NCBI GenBank assembly: GCA_016185635.1
Contig: JACPNF010000010.1
Location: 1-47,628 of the forward strand
Direction: 5' to 3'
Source: Candidatus Woesearchaeota archaeon
Lineage (GTDB): Archaea > Nanobdellota > Nanobdellia > SCGC-AAA011-G17 > JACPIM01
Length of the DNA: 47,628 bases
Shown piece after piece: positions 9,796 through 17,829 of the stretch (the first letter of the stretch is position 1; each line of letters begins with the position of its first letter). The notes beneath the pieces are model-generated. The model was given only the letters and a program-made list of their open reading frames with translations. It ran no database searches and was not told the DNA's origin. Both the position numbers and the translations under genes were made by a program.

Positions 9796-11052
9796 ATGGG
9801 TTTTACAAAAAAAAGAAAGATATTTTTTATTTTAATAATTTTAGTATTTCTAATTTTAATTTCTGGGTGTGCTAAAAAACCAACATGTGGTAAATGCCAA
9901 TTTATAGAAAACAATAAATGTATTAATTATAGATGTTGTAATGATACTGAATGTAATGATAATAATGATCAGACAAAAGATGTTTGTATTAATTTCTCAA
10001 CAGTTAATGCTAATTGTCAAAATAGATTACCAGCTCAATGTACTGCTATTAAATATGAAGGAGATCCTTCAAAAAAAGTTGATGTTGTTTTTATTCCAGT
10101 TAATTTTGATTCAAACCAACTTGGAGTATTTAATAATATTATTGATGAATCTATTACAAAACTATTTAGTATATATCCTTATTCAAAATATAAATCAAAA
10201 TTTAATTTCTATAGGATAGATTCTATTTTCAATATGGGGTGTGAGAATTATACATTAGGGTTTCGAGAGCAATGGGAATGTGATGAAGAAAAATTAAAAC
10301 AAGTAGCCAATAATTGTGGGGCTTATGACCATATTGTTATCGTAGTAAATTCTGAATTCAGGGGGGGTTCTGGAAATAAAAAAATAATTTATTTTAATTC
10401 AGGCAATTCAGGTCCAAGTGTGTTTGTACATGAATTTGGGGGACATGCATTAGCCCATCTTCAAGATCAATATGTTGGTGACTATAATTATAATGGGGTG
10501 CCTAATAATCAATGTAATAATCTTGATCATGTTTGCTTAAAAGAATTAAATGTTATAATATCTAGGGCACCAAATATAGATTCCATAGGATGTCCTAAAT
10601 GGTGTGCAAATTATAAAAATTATGAAAATGAATGTTCAAGAATCATAAACGAAAATGAATGTAGGTGCTATAATAGATTTAAAGAAGGAGATAAATGTTC
10701 AATTATTTTATCTGATCCAGGTTGTGTGTGGTTTGATAAACCTCACCCAGATTTTAAAACTAATTGTATACCTTTAAGAGATTATTATAATATAGGTATA
10801 GACTGTTTGGAAGGAACAGGATGTTATTTTGGTTCACTTTTAGGTCAGTTTGCTTGGCGACCAAACAAAAACAGAGAAGATTCATTAATGGATTTTCAAG
10901 ATGCAGGCAAATTTGACCCAGTTTCAGAAAGACAAATTGAAAAAGTAATAAATTGTTGTTATCCAGATAATTGCAATAATTTTCCATCATTGGACTGCCA
11001 AAAATTAGCTCAAGATGATTATTTCTTAGGGTGTAGTACCTGTAAAATTTAA
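9796..11052 (+). CDS. secreted Cys-rich lipoprotein, putative zinc metallopeptidase (M64-like motif)
   Basis: Signal peptide plus lipobox-like LISGC. VHEFGGHALAHLQDQY resembles the M64 HExxH..L.DEY region with a one-residue insertion. About 30 Cys. Confidence 0.45.
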   Translation: MGFTKKRKIFFILIILVFLILISGCAKKPTCGKCQFIENNKCINYRCCNDTECNDNNDQTKDVCINFSTVNANCQNRLPAQCTAIKYEGDPSKKVDVVFIPVNFDSNQLGVFNNIIDESITKLFSIYPYSKYKSKFNFYRIDSIFNMGCENYTLGFREQWECDEEKLKQVANNCGAYDHIVIVVNSEFRGGSGNKKIIYFNSGNSGPSVFVHEFGGHALAHLQDQYVGDYNYNGVPNNQCNNLDHVCLKELNVIISRAPNIDSIGCPKWCANYKNYENECSRIINENECRCYNRFKEGDKCSIILSDPGCVWFDKPHPDFKTNCIPLRDYYNIGIDCLEGTGCYFGSLLGQFAWRPNKNREDSLMDFQDAGKFDPVSERQIEKVINCCYPDNCNNFPSLDCQKLAQDDYFLGCSTCKI

Positions 11053-11073
11053 GCTATCTTTTCTCAAAAGTTT

Positions 11074-11111
11074 CTTCTGAATATAGTTCCTGCTTCATTG
11101 ACACAAGCCTT
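11074..11111. repeat. right copy of the 38-nt direct repeat flanking the peptidase gene
   Basis: cttctgaatatagttcctgcttcattgacacAagcctt. Pairs with 9580..9617. Confidence 0.9.
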
Positions 11112-11399
11112 TGAAAAAGGTCTTACAGTATCTCCAACAGGCGTAGAGATTCGGGCAAGTCCTGCCCTACCATATACTCTAAATTGTTTTTCAGTTATTT
11201 AAGCTTTATTCTGATTCAGTGCTATCCAAGAAAGATTTTTGGAAGATTTCCGGTTTTACCGAAAGATTTCCGGTTTGGCTGAAATATTTTAGTAATATCA
11301 TCTACCCAGTTTACCCATATTCCAAATAGCATATTTTTCTTTGACAAAATATATATAAAGAAGCTTGTCTTTTAGTATATTTCTAAAGGGGGGATAAAT

Positions 11400-14300
11400 A
11401 TAATTGATGTACATGAGCAGGTAGAAAAATTCAAGGATTTTTTAGACCAGAATTACAGGGAAAAAATAAATGAAATACTGTTAAAAGGAAAAAACTTTAT
11501 TTTGATTGATTTTTCTGACTTGCTAAAATTTGACCCTGAACTAGCTGACCAGATGCTTGATGATCCTGAGGAAAGCATCAAGGCTTTTGAATTATCCCTA
11601 GGAAATTTCGGAGTTGAAGGAATTTTAAGAGCAAGGTTCTTTAACCTGCCAGAAAGCCAGAAAATAAAAATAAAAGACATAAGGAGCGAGCATCTTGGGA
11701 AATTTTTGTATTTAGAGGGAATTGTCAGGCAGTCATCTGATGTAAGGCCTCAAGTTGTCAAAGCAAGGTTTGAATGCCCTTCATGCGGCAATGTTATTTC
11801 TATCCTGCAGGTTGATATTAAATTTAAAGAGCCGAGCAGATGCACATGCGGAAAAAGAGGAAAATTTAGATTGCTTGACAAAGAATTAGTTGATGCCCAG
11901 AGAATAATTATCGAAGAAAGCCCTGATAGTTTGGAGGGAGGAGAACAGCCAAAGAGATTGAGCATTTTTCTTAAAGAGGATTTAGTTGAACCTATTATGG
12001 AGAAAAAAACAACTCCTGGAAGCAAAGTAAGAGTAATAGGTGCTATAAAAGAAGTTCCTATTCCCTTGAAGAGCGGAGCACCAAGCACAAAATATGACTT
12101 AATGATGGAATCTAATTTTATTGAACCTTTAGAAGAAACTTTTGAAGAACTAGAAGTAAATAAAGAAGAAGAAAAAAAGATAATTGAATTAAGCAAAAAT
12201 CCTAAGGTTTATGAGAAATTTATTAACAGCATAGCCCCATCTATTTACGGACATTCTGATATTAAAGAAGCATTAGTTTTGCAATTAATGGGGGGAGTTA
12301 GAAAGGAAAGGAAGGATGGAACTTGGAACAGGGGGGATATCCATATTTTACTTGTAGGCGATCCTGGTTCAAGCAAATCAACATTATTATCATTTATTTC
12401 TAAAGTGGCTCCAAAAGCCAGATATGTTTCTGGCAAATCAGCTTCAGCAGCTGGTTTGACCGGAACAATTGTCAAAGATGAATTCTTGAAGGGGTGGGCT
12501 TTAGAAGGGGGAGCTTTAGCTCTTGCCAATGGGGGATTTGTGTGCTTACATCCAGATACAAGAGTAATTATTAACAATTCAATTAAGCCTATTAAAGACG
12601 TTTTTTGTGAGGATATTAAGAAAATAGGATATTTAAACGCAGAAAAAATAGAATCAAATCAAATTGAAAATTCTATAGAGAGTTTTAATGTAGATAAATT
12701 ACAAATTTCCAGGCAAACTACAAACTCCATTAGCAGGAAATTATACAAAGGAAAGCTTGTGCATTTAAAATTTAAATCTGGATTTGAAATAAAATTAACA
12801 CCCAATCATAAAATTATAGATGGCAATAATTTTGAATGGAAAGAAAGCCAATATTTCTCAAAAAATGATTTTGTTTTAGCACCGCTAAAGTTGTCTTCAC
12901 ATAACTCACAAGCATACTTCTTAGACATAATGCCTGAAAATTGGAAGATAGGGCTTGAAAAAGAAGATAAAGAATTTTTGAAAGAAGAATTAATCTTGAG
13001 ATTGGGTTCTCTTAAGGAGATTTACAAAAAGTTCAATATTGATAGGGATTATTTATCTGGCGGCAAACAGTTACAAATAAAAACTTTTAAGGAAATTTTA
13101 AATTTTTTAGGCATTTATGATGAATGGAAACATAAAACTTTTAGGTTTATAAGAAACAAAAATGGGGAAAAACTAAAAATAAATTCTTTTACTCCGGAGC
13201 TTTGTTATATACTAGGTTTTATTAGTGGTGATGGATATGTTAAATCAGCAGCCAGAAGAACAGTAGTTAATATAATTCAATCTATCAAGCATGAAGCATA
13301 TATAAACAAATTAGAAGAATGTTGGAATACTGTTTTTCAAAATAATGTACATAAATCCAAGCCCTTCCATTATACAAGTTCAATTAACGGCAAAATAGTT
13401 GAAAGTGATGCTATAACCTTAAGTCACTCAAGCAATCTTTTAGGCCAGTTATACTTTTACTTAAGGTATAATAATTTTGGAAATTTATTAACCTTATCAG
13501 ATGCATCCTTAAAAGCTTTTTTTGCAGGAGTAATTGATAGTGATGGCTGTATTTCTGATAAACATTCTGTTAAAAAAGGAAGAAATTATGTTGTAAAGCA
13601 TATTGATATTTTTTTGAGTAATAACACAATGGATAATCAAAATATTAGTTTAGCTTTGAGAAGATTTGATTGTTATTCCAAATTGATAAACCTAAAAAAT
13701 ATACAGTCTGTACAATTGACAGGAAGGGAAGATGTAAATACCTTTATTTTTAGTATTATGAAATATTCTGTAAAAGCACAAAATTCCATTTTAGTGCCTA
13801 TTAAAACAAGAATTTCGAGTATAAGCAACAAATTACCAAAGGGAATAGTTGCTAAATTATGTGAAAATATCTCTAGCATAAATAAATCAATTTTAGTTAA
13901 GAAAGGAATTTGGAGTACAATATACAATGCTAAAAAAATAAATCAACAACCATCCAGAACAAATTTGCTTTCAATAAAAGAAAAATTATCTGATTTTTTG
14001 TCCTTAGATAATCTAAATTTAATAAACAAGTTGCTTCAAAGGGATTTCTTTTTAGATCAAATAATTGAGATTAAAGAAGAAGATTATGAAGGTTATGTCT
14101 ATGATTTATATGTTCCCAAGTTACATAATTTTTTGGCTGGGGGAATTATTGTTCATAATTGTCTAGATGAACTCGACAAAATGGATGAAAATGATACAAG
14201 TGCATTGCATGAAGGACTTGAACAGCAGCAAATCAGTTTTAGCAAGGCAAACATTCAAGCAACATTATTAACAAGAGTAAGCGCTTTGGCAGCAGCAAAT

Positions 14301-15029
14301 CCAAAGTTAGGGAGGTTTGATCCTTACCAGCCAATTGCAGCACAAATCAATTTGCCGCCTGCGCTGATTAATAGGTTTGATTTAATATTTCCTATGAGGG
14401 ACATACCTAGCGAGGAATTAGACACAAAAATTGCATCTCATATCCTTGAAATGCATGGGAATAAAGATGAAATAGAACCAGAAATTAATGCCAAGCTTAT
14501 GAGAAAGTACATTTCTTATACTAAGAAAAAGATTTTTCCACAATTAACTGAAGGAGCAAAGGATGAAATAAGAAATTTCTATGTCAGCTTAAGAAACACT
14601 GGCGGGAGCAAGGATGATGTGAAACCAATTCCTATAAGCGCAAGGCAGCTTGAGGCATTGATAAGACTGAGCGAGGCATCTGCCAAGATAAGATTGAGCG
14701 AGAAAATTACAAAAGAAGATTCAAGAAGGGCCATAAGAGTATTGACAAAATGCTTACATGATGTAGGACTTGATCCTGAAACTGGAAAGATTGACATAGA
14801 CAGGATAGCAACAGGAATAAGCACTGCACAGAGAAGCAAAATAATTACTGTCAGGGAACTTATAAATGATTTTGACAAGAATGGAGTCAAGACAATTCCT
14901 ATAAATGATCTTATAAAAGCATGTGTTGAAAATGGACTTGAAGAATCAAAGGCTGAAGAAATTTTAGAAAAAATGACACGAGAAGGTGAAGTATTCCAGC
15001 CAAAAGTAGGATTTATCAGCAAGATTTAA
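11400..15029 (+). CDS. mcm: MCM replicative helicase, interrupted by one intein; start codon uncertain
   Basis: Zn finger CPSCG...CTCG, Walker A GDPGSSKS, Walker B CLDELDKM, arginine-finger region SRFDLIF-like (NRFDLIFPM), C-terminal wHTH. The track start (TTG 11502) truncates a conserved N-terminal helix that reads in frame from about 11400. Confidence 0.9.
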   Translation: MIDVHEQVEKFKDFLDQNYREKINEILLKGKNFILIDFSDLLKFDPELADQMLDDPEESIKAFELSLGNFGVEGILRARFFNLPESQKIKIKDIRSEHLGKFLYLEGIVRQSSDVRPQVVKARFECPSCGNVISILQVDIKFKEPSRCTCGKRGKFRLLDKELVDAQRIIIEESPDSLEGGEQPKRLSIFLKEDLVEPIMEKKTTPGSKVRVIGAIKEVPIPLKSGAPSTKYDLMMESNFIEPLEETFEELEVNKEEEKKIIELSKNPKVYEKFINSIAPSIYGHSDIKEALVLQLMGGVRKERKDGTWNRGDIHILLVGDPGSSKSTLLSFISKVAPKARYVSGKSASAAGLTGTIVKDEFLKGWALEGGALALANGGFVCLHPDTRVIINNSIKPIKDVFCEDIKKIGYLNAEKIESNQIENSIESFNVDKLQISRQTTNSISRKLYKGKLVHLKFKSGFEIKLTPNHKIIDGNNFEWKESQYFSKNDFVLAPLKLSSHNSQAYFLDIMPENWKIGLEKEDKEFLKEELILRLGSLKEIYKKFNIDRDYLSGGKQLQIKTFKEILNFLGIYDEWKHKTFRFIRNKNGEKLKINSFTPELCYILGFISGDGYVKSAARRTVVNIIQSIKHEAYINKLEECWNTVFQNNVHKSKPFHYTSSINGKIVESDAITLSHSSNLLGQLYFYLRYNNFGNLLTLSDASLKAFFAGVIDSDGCISDKHSVKKGRNYVVKHIDIFLSNNTMDNQNISLALRRFDCYSKLINLKNIQSVQLTGREDVNTFIFSIMKYSVKAQNSILVPIKTRISSISNKLPKGIVAKLCENISSINKSILVKKGIWSTIYNAKKINQQPSRTNLLSIKEKLSDFLSLDNLNLINKLLQRDFFLDQIIEIKEEDYEGYVYDLYVPKLHNFLAGGIIVHNCLDELDKMDENDTSALHEGLEQQQISFSKANIQATLLTRVSALAAANPKLGRFDPYQPIAAQINLPPALINRFDLIFPMRDIPSEELDTKIASHILEMHGNKDEIEPEINAKLMRKYISYTKKKIFPQLTEGAKDEIRNFYVSLRNTGGSKDDVKPIPISARQLEALIRLSEASAKIRLSEKITKEDSRRAIRVLTKCLHDVGLDPETGKIDIDRIATGISTAQRSKIITVRELINDFDKNGVKTIPINDLIKACVENGLEESKAEEILEKMTREGEVFQPKVGFISKI
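12543..14159 (+). mobile_element. MCM intein (539 aa) with LAGLIDADG homing endonuclease domain
   Basis: Starts CLHPDTRVI (block A). TPNH (block B). LAGLIDADG motifs LGFISGDGYV and FAGVIDSDGCI. Ends GGIIVHN, followed by +1 Cys. Removing it restores GGFV|CLDELDKM. Confidence 0.9.
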
Positions 15030-15054
15030 AAAGCTTTTTTCTTAATTTAGTTTC

Positions 15055-15465
15055 ATGGATTACCAAGAATTACTTAAGAAAGCAAGGAAAGAACTTCCCA
15101 AGGGAGTTGTTATTAGCGGAGAAAGGTTTGAAGTTCCTACTGCAAAAGGCCATGTTGAGGGAAACAAGACCATAATATCAAATTTTCTTCAGATTTGCAG
15201 TACTTTAGGAAGGGATCCCAGCCAATTAATAAAATACCTTCAAAGAGAACTCGCAACTCCAGCCCAGATAGACGGACAAAGGCTTATTTTTGGGAGAAAA
15301 TTAAATTCAGATTTCATTAACAAGAAAATCAAGCAGTTTGCAAATGATTTTGTATTGTGCAAGGAATGCGGAAAACCAGATACCAAGCTGATAAAAGAGG
15401 ACAGATACTTATTTTTAAAATGCACTGCATGTGGAGCAAGGCACTCTGTCACTGCCAAAACTTAA
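15055..15465 (+). CDS. translation initiation factor aIF2 beta subunit
   Basis: C-terminal zinc ribbon CKECGKPDT...CTACG and typical aIF2-beta length (136 aa). Confidence 0.9.
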   Translation: MDYQELLKKARKELPKGVVISGERFEVPTAKGHVEGNKTIISNFLQICSTLGRDPSQLIKYLQRELATPAQIDGQRLIFGRKLNSDFINKKIKQFANDFVLCKECGKPDTKLIKEDRYLFLKCTACGARHSVTAKT

Positions 15466-15466
15466 C

Positions 15467-15757
15467 ATGTATGTAAAGATTCATAATTCTCAAGGAAGGG
15501 AAGTTGTTGCTATCTGTGATGAAGGTATTTTAGGAAAGAAATTTGAGGAAGGAGACTTATTTTTAGATGTAAGTGAAAGTTTTTACAAGGGAGAAAAGAA
15601 AAATGAAAAAGAGGTTGAGAAAATCTTAAATGAAGCTGAAAACATTAATCTGGCTGGAGAAAAGACAATCTCTATTGCCTTAAGGTTAAAAGTAATAGAC
15701 AAAGAAAATATAATATGGATCAAGGGAGTACCTCATGCACAGCTCATCTTATTATGA
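15467..15757 (+). CDS. DUF424-family protein
   Basis: MYVKIH...VVAICDEGILGKKFEEG...FYKGE...GVPHAQ pattern. The conserved position after aIF2-beta is recalled from memory. The track ORF starts earlier (15431), inside the aIF2-beta gene. Confidence 0.55.
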   Translation: MYVKIHNSQGREVVAICDEGILGKKFEEGDLFLDVSESFYKGEKKNEKEVEKILNEAENINLAGEKTISIALRLKVIDKENIIWIKGVPHAQLILL

Positions 15758-16043
15758 AGCTATTCTGCAATTAAGGCCTGATAATGATAAAGTAAGACAA
15801 TTTGTTGTAGACAGGCTTAAAGAAAGAAAGAATATATTTGTATCCAAGACAGTAGAATTAAAAACTGGGGTTGATTTATACTTAAGCGACCAGAGGTTTG
15901 CAAGAGCCTTAGGAAAAAAACTTAAAAGATCATTTAAGGGAAAATTAATTATGAGCAGGTCTTTGTATGGAAGGAACAAGCAAACAAGCAAGGATATTTA
16001 CAGGGTAACTGTATGCTTCAGACTAGAAAGAAATGAAGATTAA
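15735..16043 (+). CDS. NMD3-like protein, short form lacking the Cys-cluster N-domain
   Basis: YEAILQLR ... GVDLYLSD ... YRVTVCFRL resembles the COG1499/NMD3 core. Only 102 aa and has no CxxC pairs. Confidence 0.5.
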   Translation: MHSSSYYEAILQLRPDNDKVRQFVVDRLKERKNIFVSKTVELKTGVDLYLSDQRFARALGKKLKRSFKGKLIMSRSLYGRNKQTSKDIYRVTVCFRLERNED

Positions 16044-16522
16044 TTAAATTTTTCAATTGAATCTAATACCCTTCTATAAAGATCTATGGATATGTAATAT
16101 GAATTGATAATTAATAGGTCTAAATATTTTTTAGCTTCTTCTTTAGAAATTATTTTCATTTCAAGATTTTTTATTATTATCCCTAAAGACCCCACAGGCA
16201 ATAACGATAAGAGTTCAGCAGTTTTTCTGGCTTGTTTATCATCTGACAAAAATATTTTTATTTTCTTTTCAACACAAAGAGAAATAGCACTACTTTCTCC
16301 AATTCCTTTGTTCAAAATTATTTTTTCAGGAGATTCTATCTGGATTCTTTTTTCAATAAATTCTTGTAAATCCTTTTTTTCCATATCAGAAATATTTTTA
16401 CCTTCAGTCACTTCTTCAATTACTTTTGGGGTAGTAAATATTTTATAAACATTTAACAGCCATAGTTTCCTAATTTTAGCGAGAAAAATAAGGATTGTTG
16501 AATTTGTTATCGCTTCTTCCAT
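16040..16522 (-). CDS. DUF3368-type PIN-like protein (putative toxin)
   Basis: GIGESSAISLC...LSDDKQARKTAELLSLLPVGSLGIIIKN matches the DUF3368 pattern (GEaeAI.L...l.DD..AR..A...gl...GtlGil). Confidence 0.6.
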   Translation of the reverse strand: MEEAITNSTILIFLAKIRKLWLLNVYKIFTTPKVIEEVTEGKNISDMEKKDLQEFIEKRIQIESPEKIILNKGIGESSAISLCVEKKIKIFLSDDKQARKTAELLSLLPVGSLGIIIKNLEMKIISKEEAKKYLDLLIINSYYISIDLYRRVLDSIEKFN

Positions 16523-16818
16523 TTTATGTTCTTTAGATCTTTTTCAAATTCTTCTGTATCATAATTTATAGGTATTTTTCTTTCTTTTAATAAATCAAAG
16601 AACTCCCACATACTCAAATTAGCAAATTTAGCTGCTTGTTCTCCAGAAAATTTTCCATCTTTATATAGTCTTATTGATTGTTCTTTTTTCCATTCATTTA
16701 GTGCTGTAAATAAGAATTTTCTAATTATAGTAGATTTATCTAAATATTCTGTTTTTGCTACATTTGTTAAATCTTTATCTAAACTTTTTGGTATCCTAGC
16801 AGTTATAACATTTTCCAT
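16507..16818 (-). CDS. UPF0175-family protein (putative antitoxin)
   Basis: RLYKDGKFSGEQAAKFANLSMWEFFDLLKERKIPINYDTEEFEKDL matches the UPF0175 pattern. Overlaps the downstream PIN-like gene by 16 nt. Confidence 0.6.
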   Translation of the reverse strand: MENVITARIPKSLDKDLTNVAKTEYLDKSTIIRKFLFTALNEWKKEQSIRLYKDGKFSGEQAAKFANLSMWEFFDLLKERKIPINYDTEEFEKDLKNIKWKKR

Positions 16819-16889
16819 ACTACATTGTATTACTTTGTAATATATAAAATTATCGTTTAGTTTATAAACAATATCTTTTACTCTTTAAT

Positions 16890-17729
16890 GTGGATAATAA
16901 ATCTCAAAAATTAATTGAAAGAATTAAAGGAAAAAAGAATAAGGGAGTTAATAATAAATATGTTTTAAGATTAACAGAAGAATATTTTGACAATGATTAT
17001 TTTAAAGACTTGTTCAAAAAAGACATAAAACTAATCCTAAAAAATAAAAAATTTAATGAAACTGTAAAAAAGATTAGGAAAGAGTTGTATAAAGTTTATG
17101 GTGTTTTTCAGGTAAAAAGGCAAAATAAAAAGAACATATTGCTGGACAAATTAAAAAATACAAAAAACTTAAATGAAGTTAAAGAAATCTCAAAAGAAAT
17201 ATTAAAATTACACAGTTCCACAAGAGAAAGACTAAATGAATATGAAAAGATTTACTCCTCTATTTTTAAGATAACAGGAAAACCTAAAAGCATAATTGAC
17301 TTAGGGTGCGGATTAAATCCTGTTTTTTCCATTTTAATGGACTTTAAAGGAAATTATTTTGGTTATGACATAAGCAGCAATGATGCAGATTTTCTTAATG
17401 ATTATTTTAAAAGTGTTAAAGGATATGGGATTAATGGAAAAGCTTTTGCGACGGATATCAAAAAAATAAATAAATATCCAAAAAGTGATGTCTATTTTTT
17501 ACTGAAAACTATTGACTTATTTGGAAGGAACAAGAAGAAAATCTTCAATGATATTATTAATAAAGCAAATGCAAAATTTATTGTAGTTAGTTTCTCAAAA
17601 AAGACTATTTCCATGAAAGATATGAAAAACTTTAGAAGAAAATGGTTTGATGATATCCTAAACAAGTTAAAATTAGAATATGAGCTTTTGGATTTTGAAA
17701 ATGAATATTTTTATGTCATTAAATTTTAA
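16890..17729 (+). CDS. ArmA/Rmt (FmrO) family 16S rRNA (guanine-N7) methyltransferase homolog
   Basis: ILKLHSSTRERLNEYEKIYSSIFKITGKPKSIIDLGCGLNPV parallels ArmA LLKIHSSTNERV...FYTYVFGNI...SILDFGCGFNPL (recalled). Also VYFLLKT and FIVVSF segments. GTG start. Confidence 0.75.
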   Translation: MDNKSQKLIERIKGKKNKGVNNKYVLRLTEEYFDNDYFKDLFKKDIKLILKNKKFNETVKKIRKELYKVYGVFQVKRQNKKNILLDKLKNTKNLNEVKEISKEILKLHSSTRERLNEYEKIYSSIFKITGKPKSIIDLGCGLNPVFSILMDFKGNYFGYDISSNDADFLNDYFKSVKGYGINGKAFATDIKKINKYPKSDVYFLLKTIDLFGRNKKKIFNDIINKANAKFIVVSFSKKTISMKDMKNFRRKWFDDILNKLKLEYELLDFENEYFYVIKF

Positions 17730-17829
17730 TATTTGTGAATAATAACTGCTTAATATCTACTTAGGATTTTTTCTATTATTATTATTTTTTGTGGGATAGT
17801 TTTAAATATTTATTGAATATTCTTTATTC

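Noticed and set aside
9732-9914. 60-aa minus-strand ORF overlapping the start of the peptidase-like gene
   Set aside because: It overlaps the signal-peptide coding region of a much longer ORF. Only its last 12 codons (KSFSWRPFEKRL) fall in the repeat module, which I report separately as sequence, not as this gene.
9472-11400. Search for a structured RNA gene (5S rRNA, SRP RNA, C/D-box sRNA) in the two long spacers around the peptidase gene
   Set aside because: I found no C/D box pairs (RUGAUGA...CUGA) and no long GC-rich helices, only short hairpins such as gggca-agtcc-tgccc (11144-58). Not enough to call an RNA.
11750-15022. Antisense ORFs within MCM (11750..12196, 12245..12577, 13673..13927, 14579..15022)
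   Set aside because: They are antisense to the conserved MCM and intein reading frame. Composition-driven open frames.
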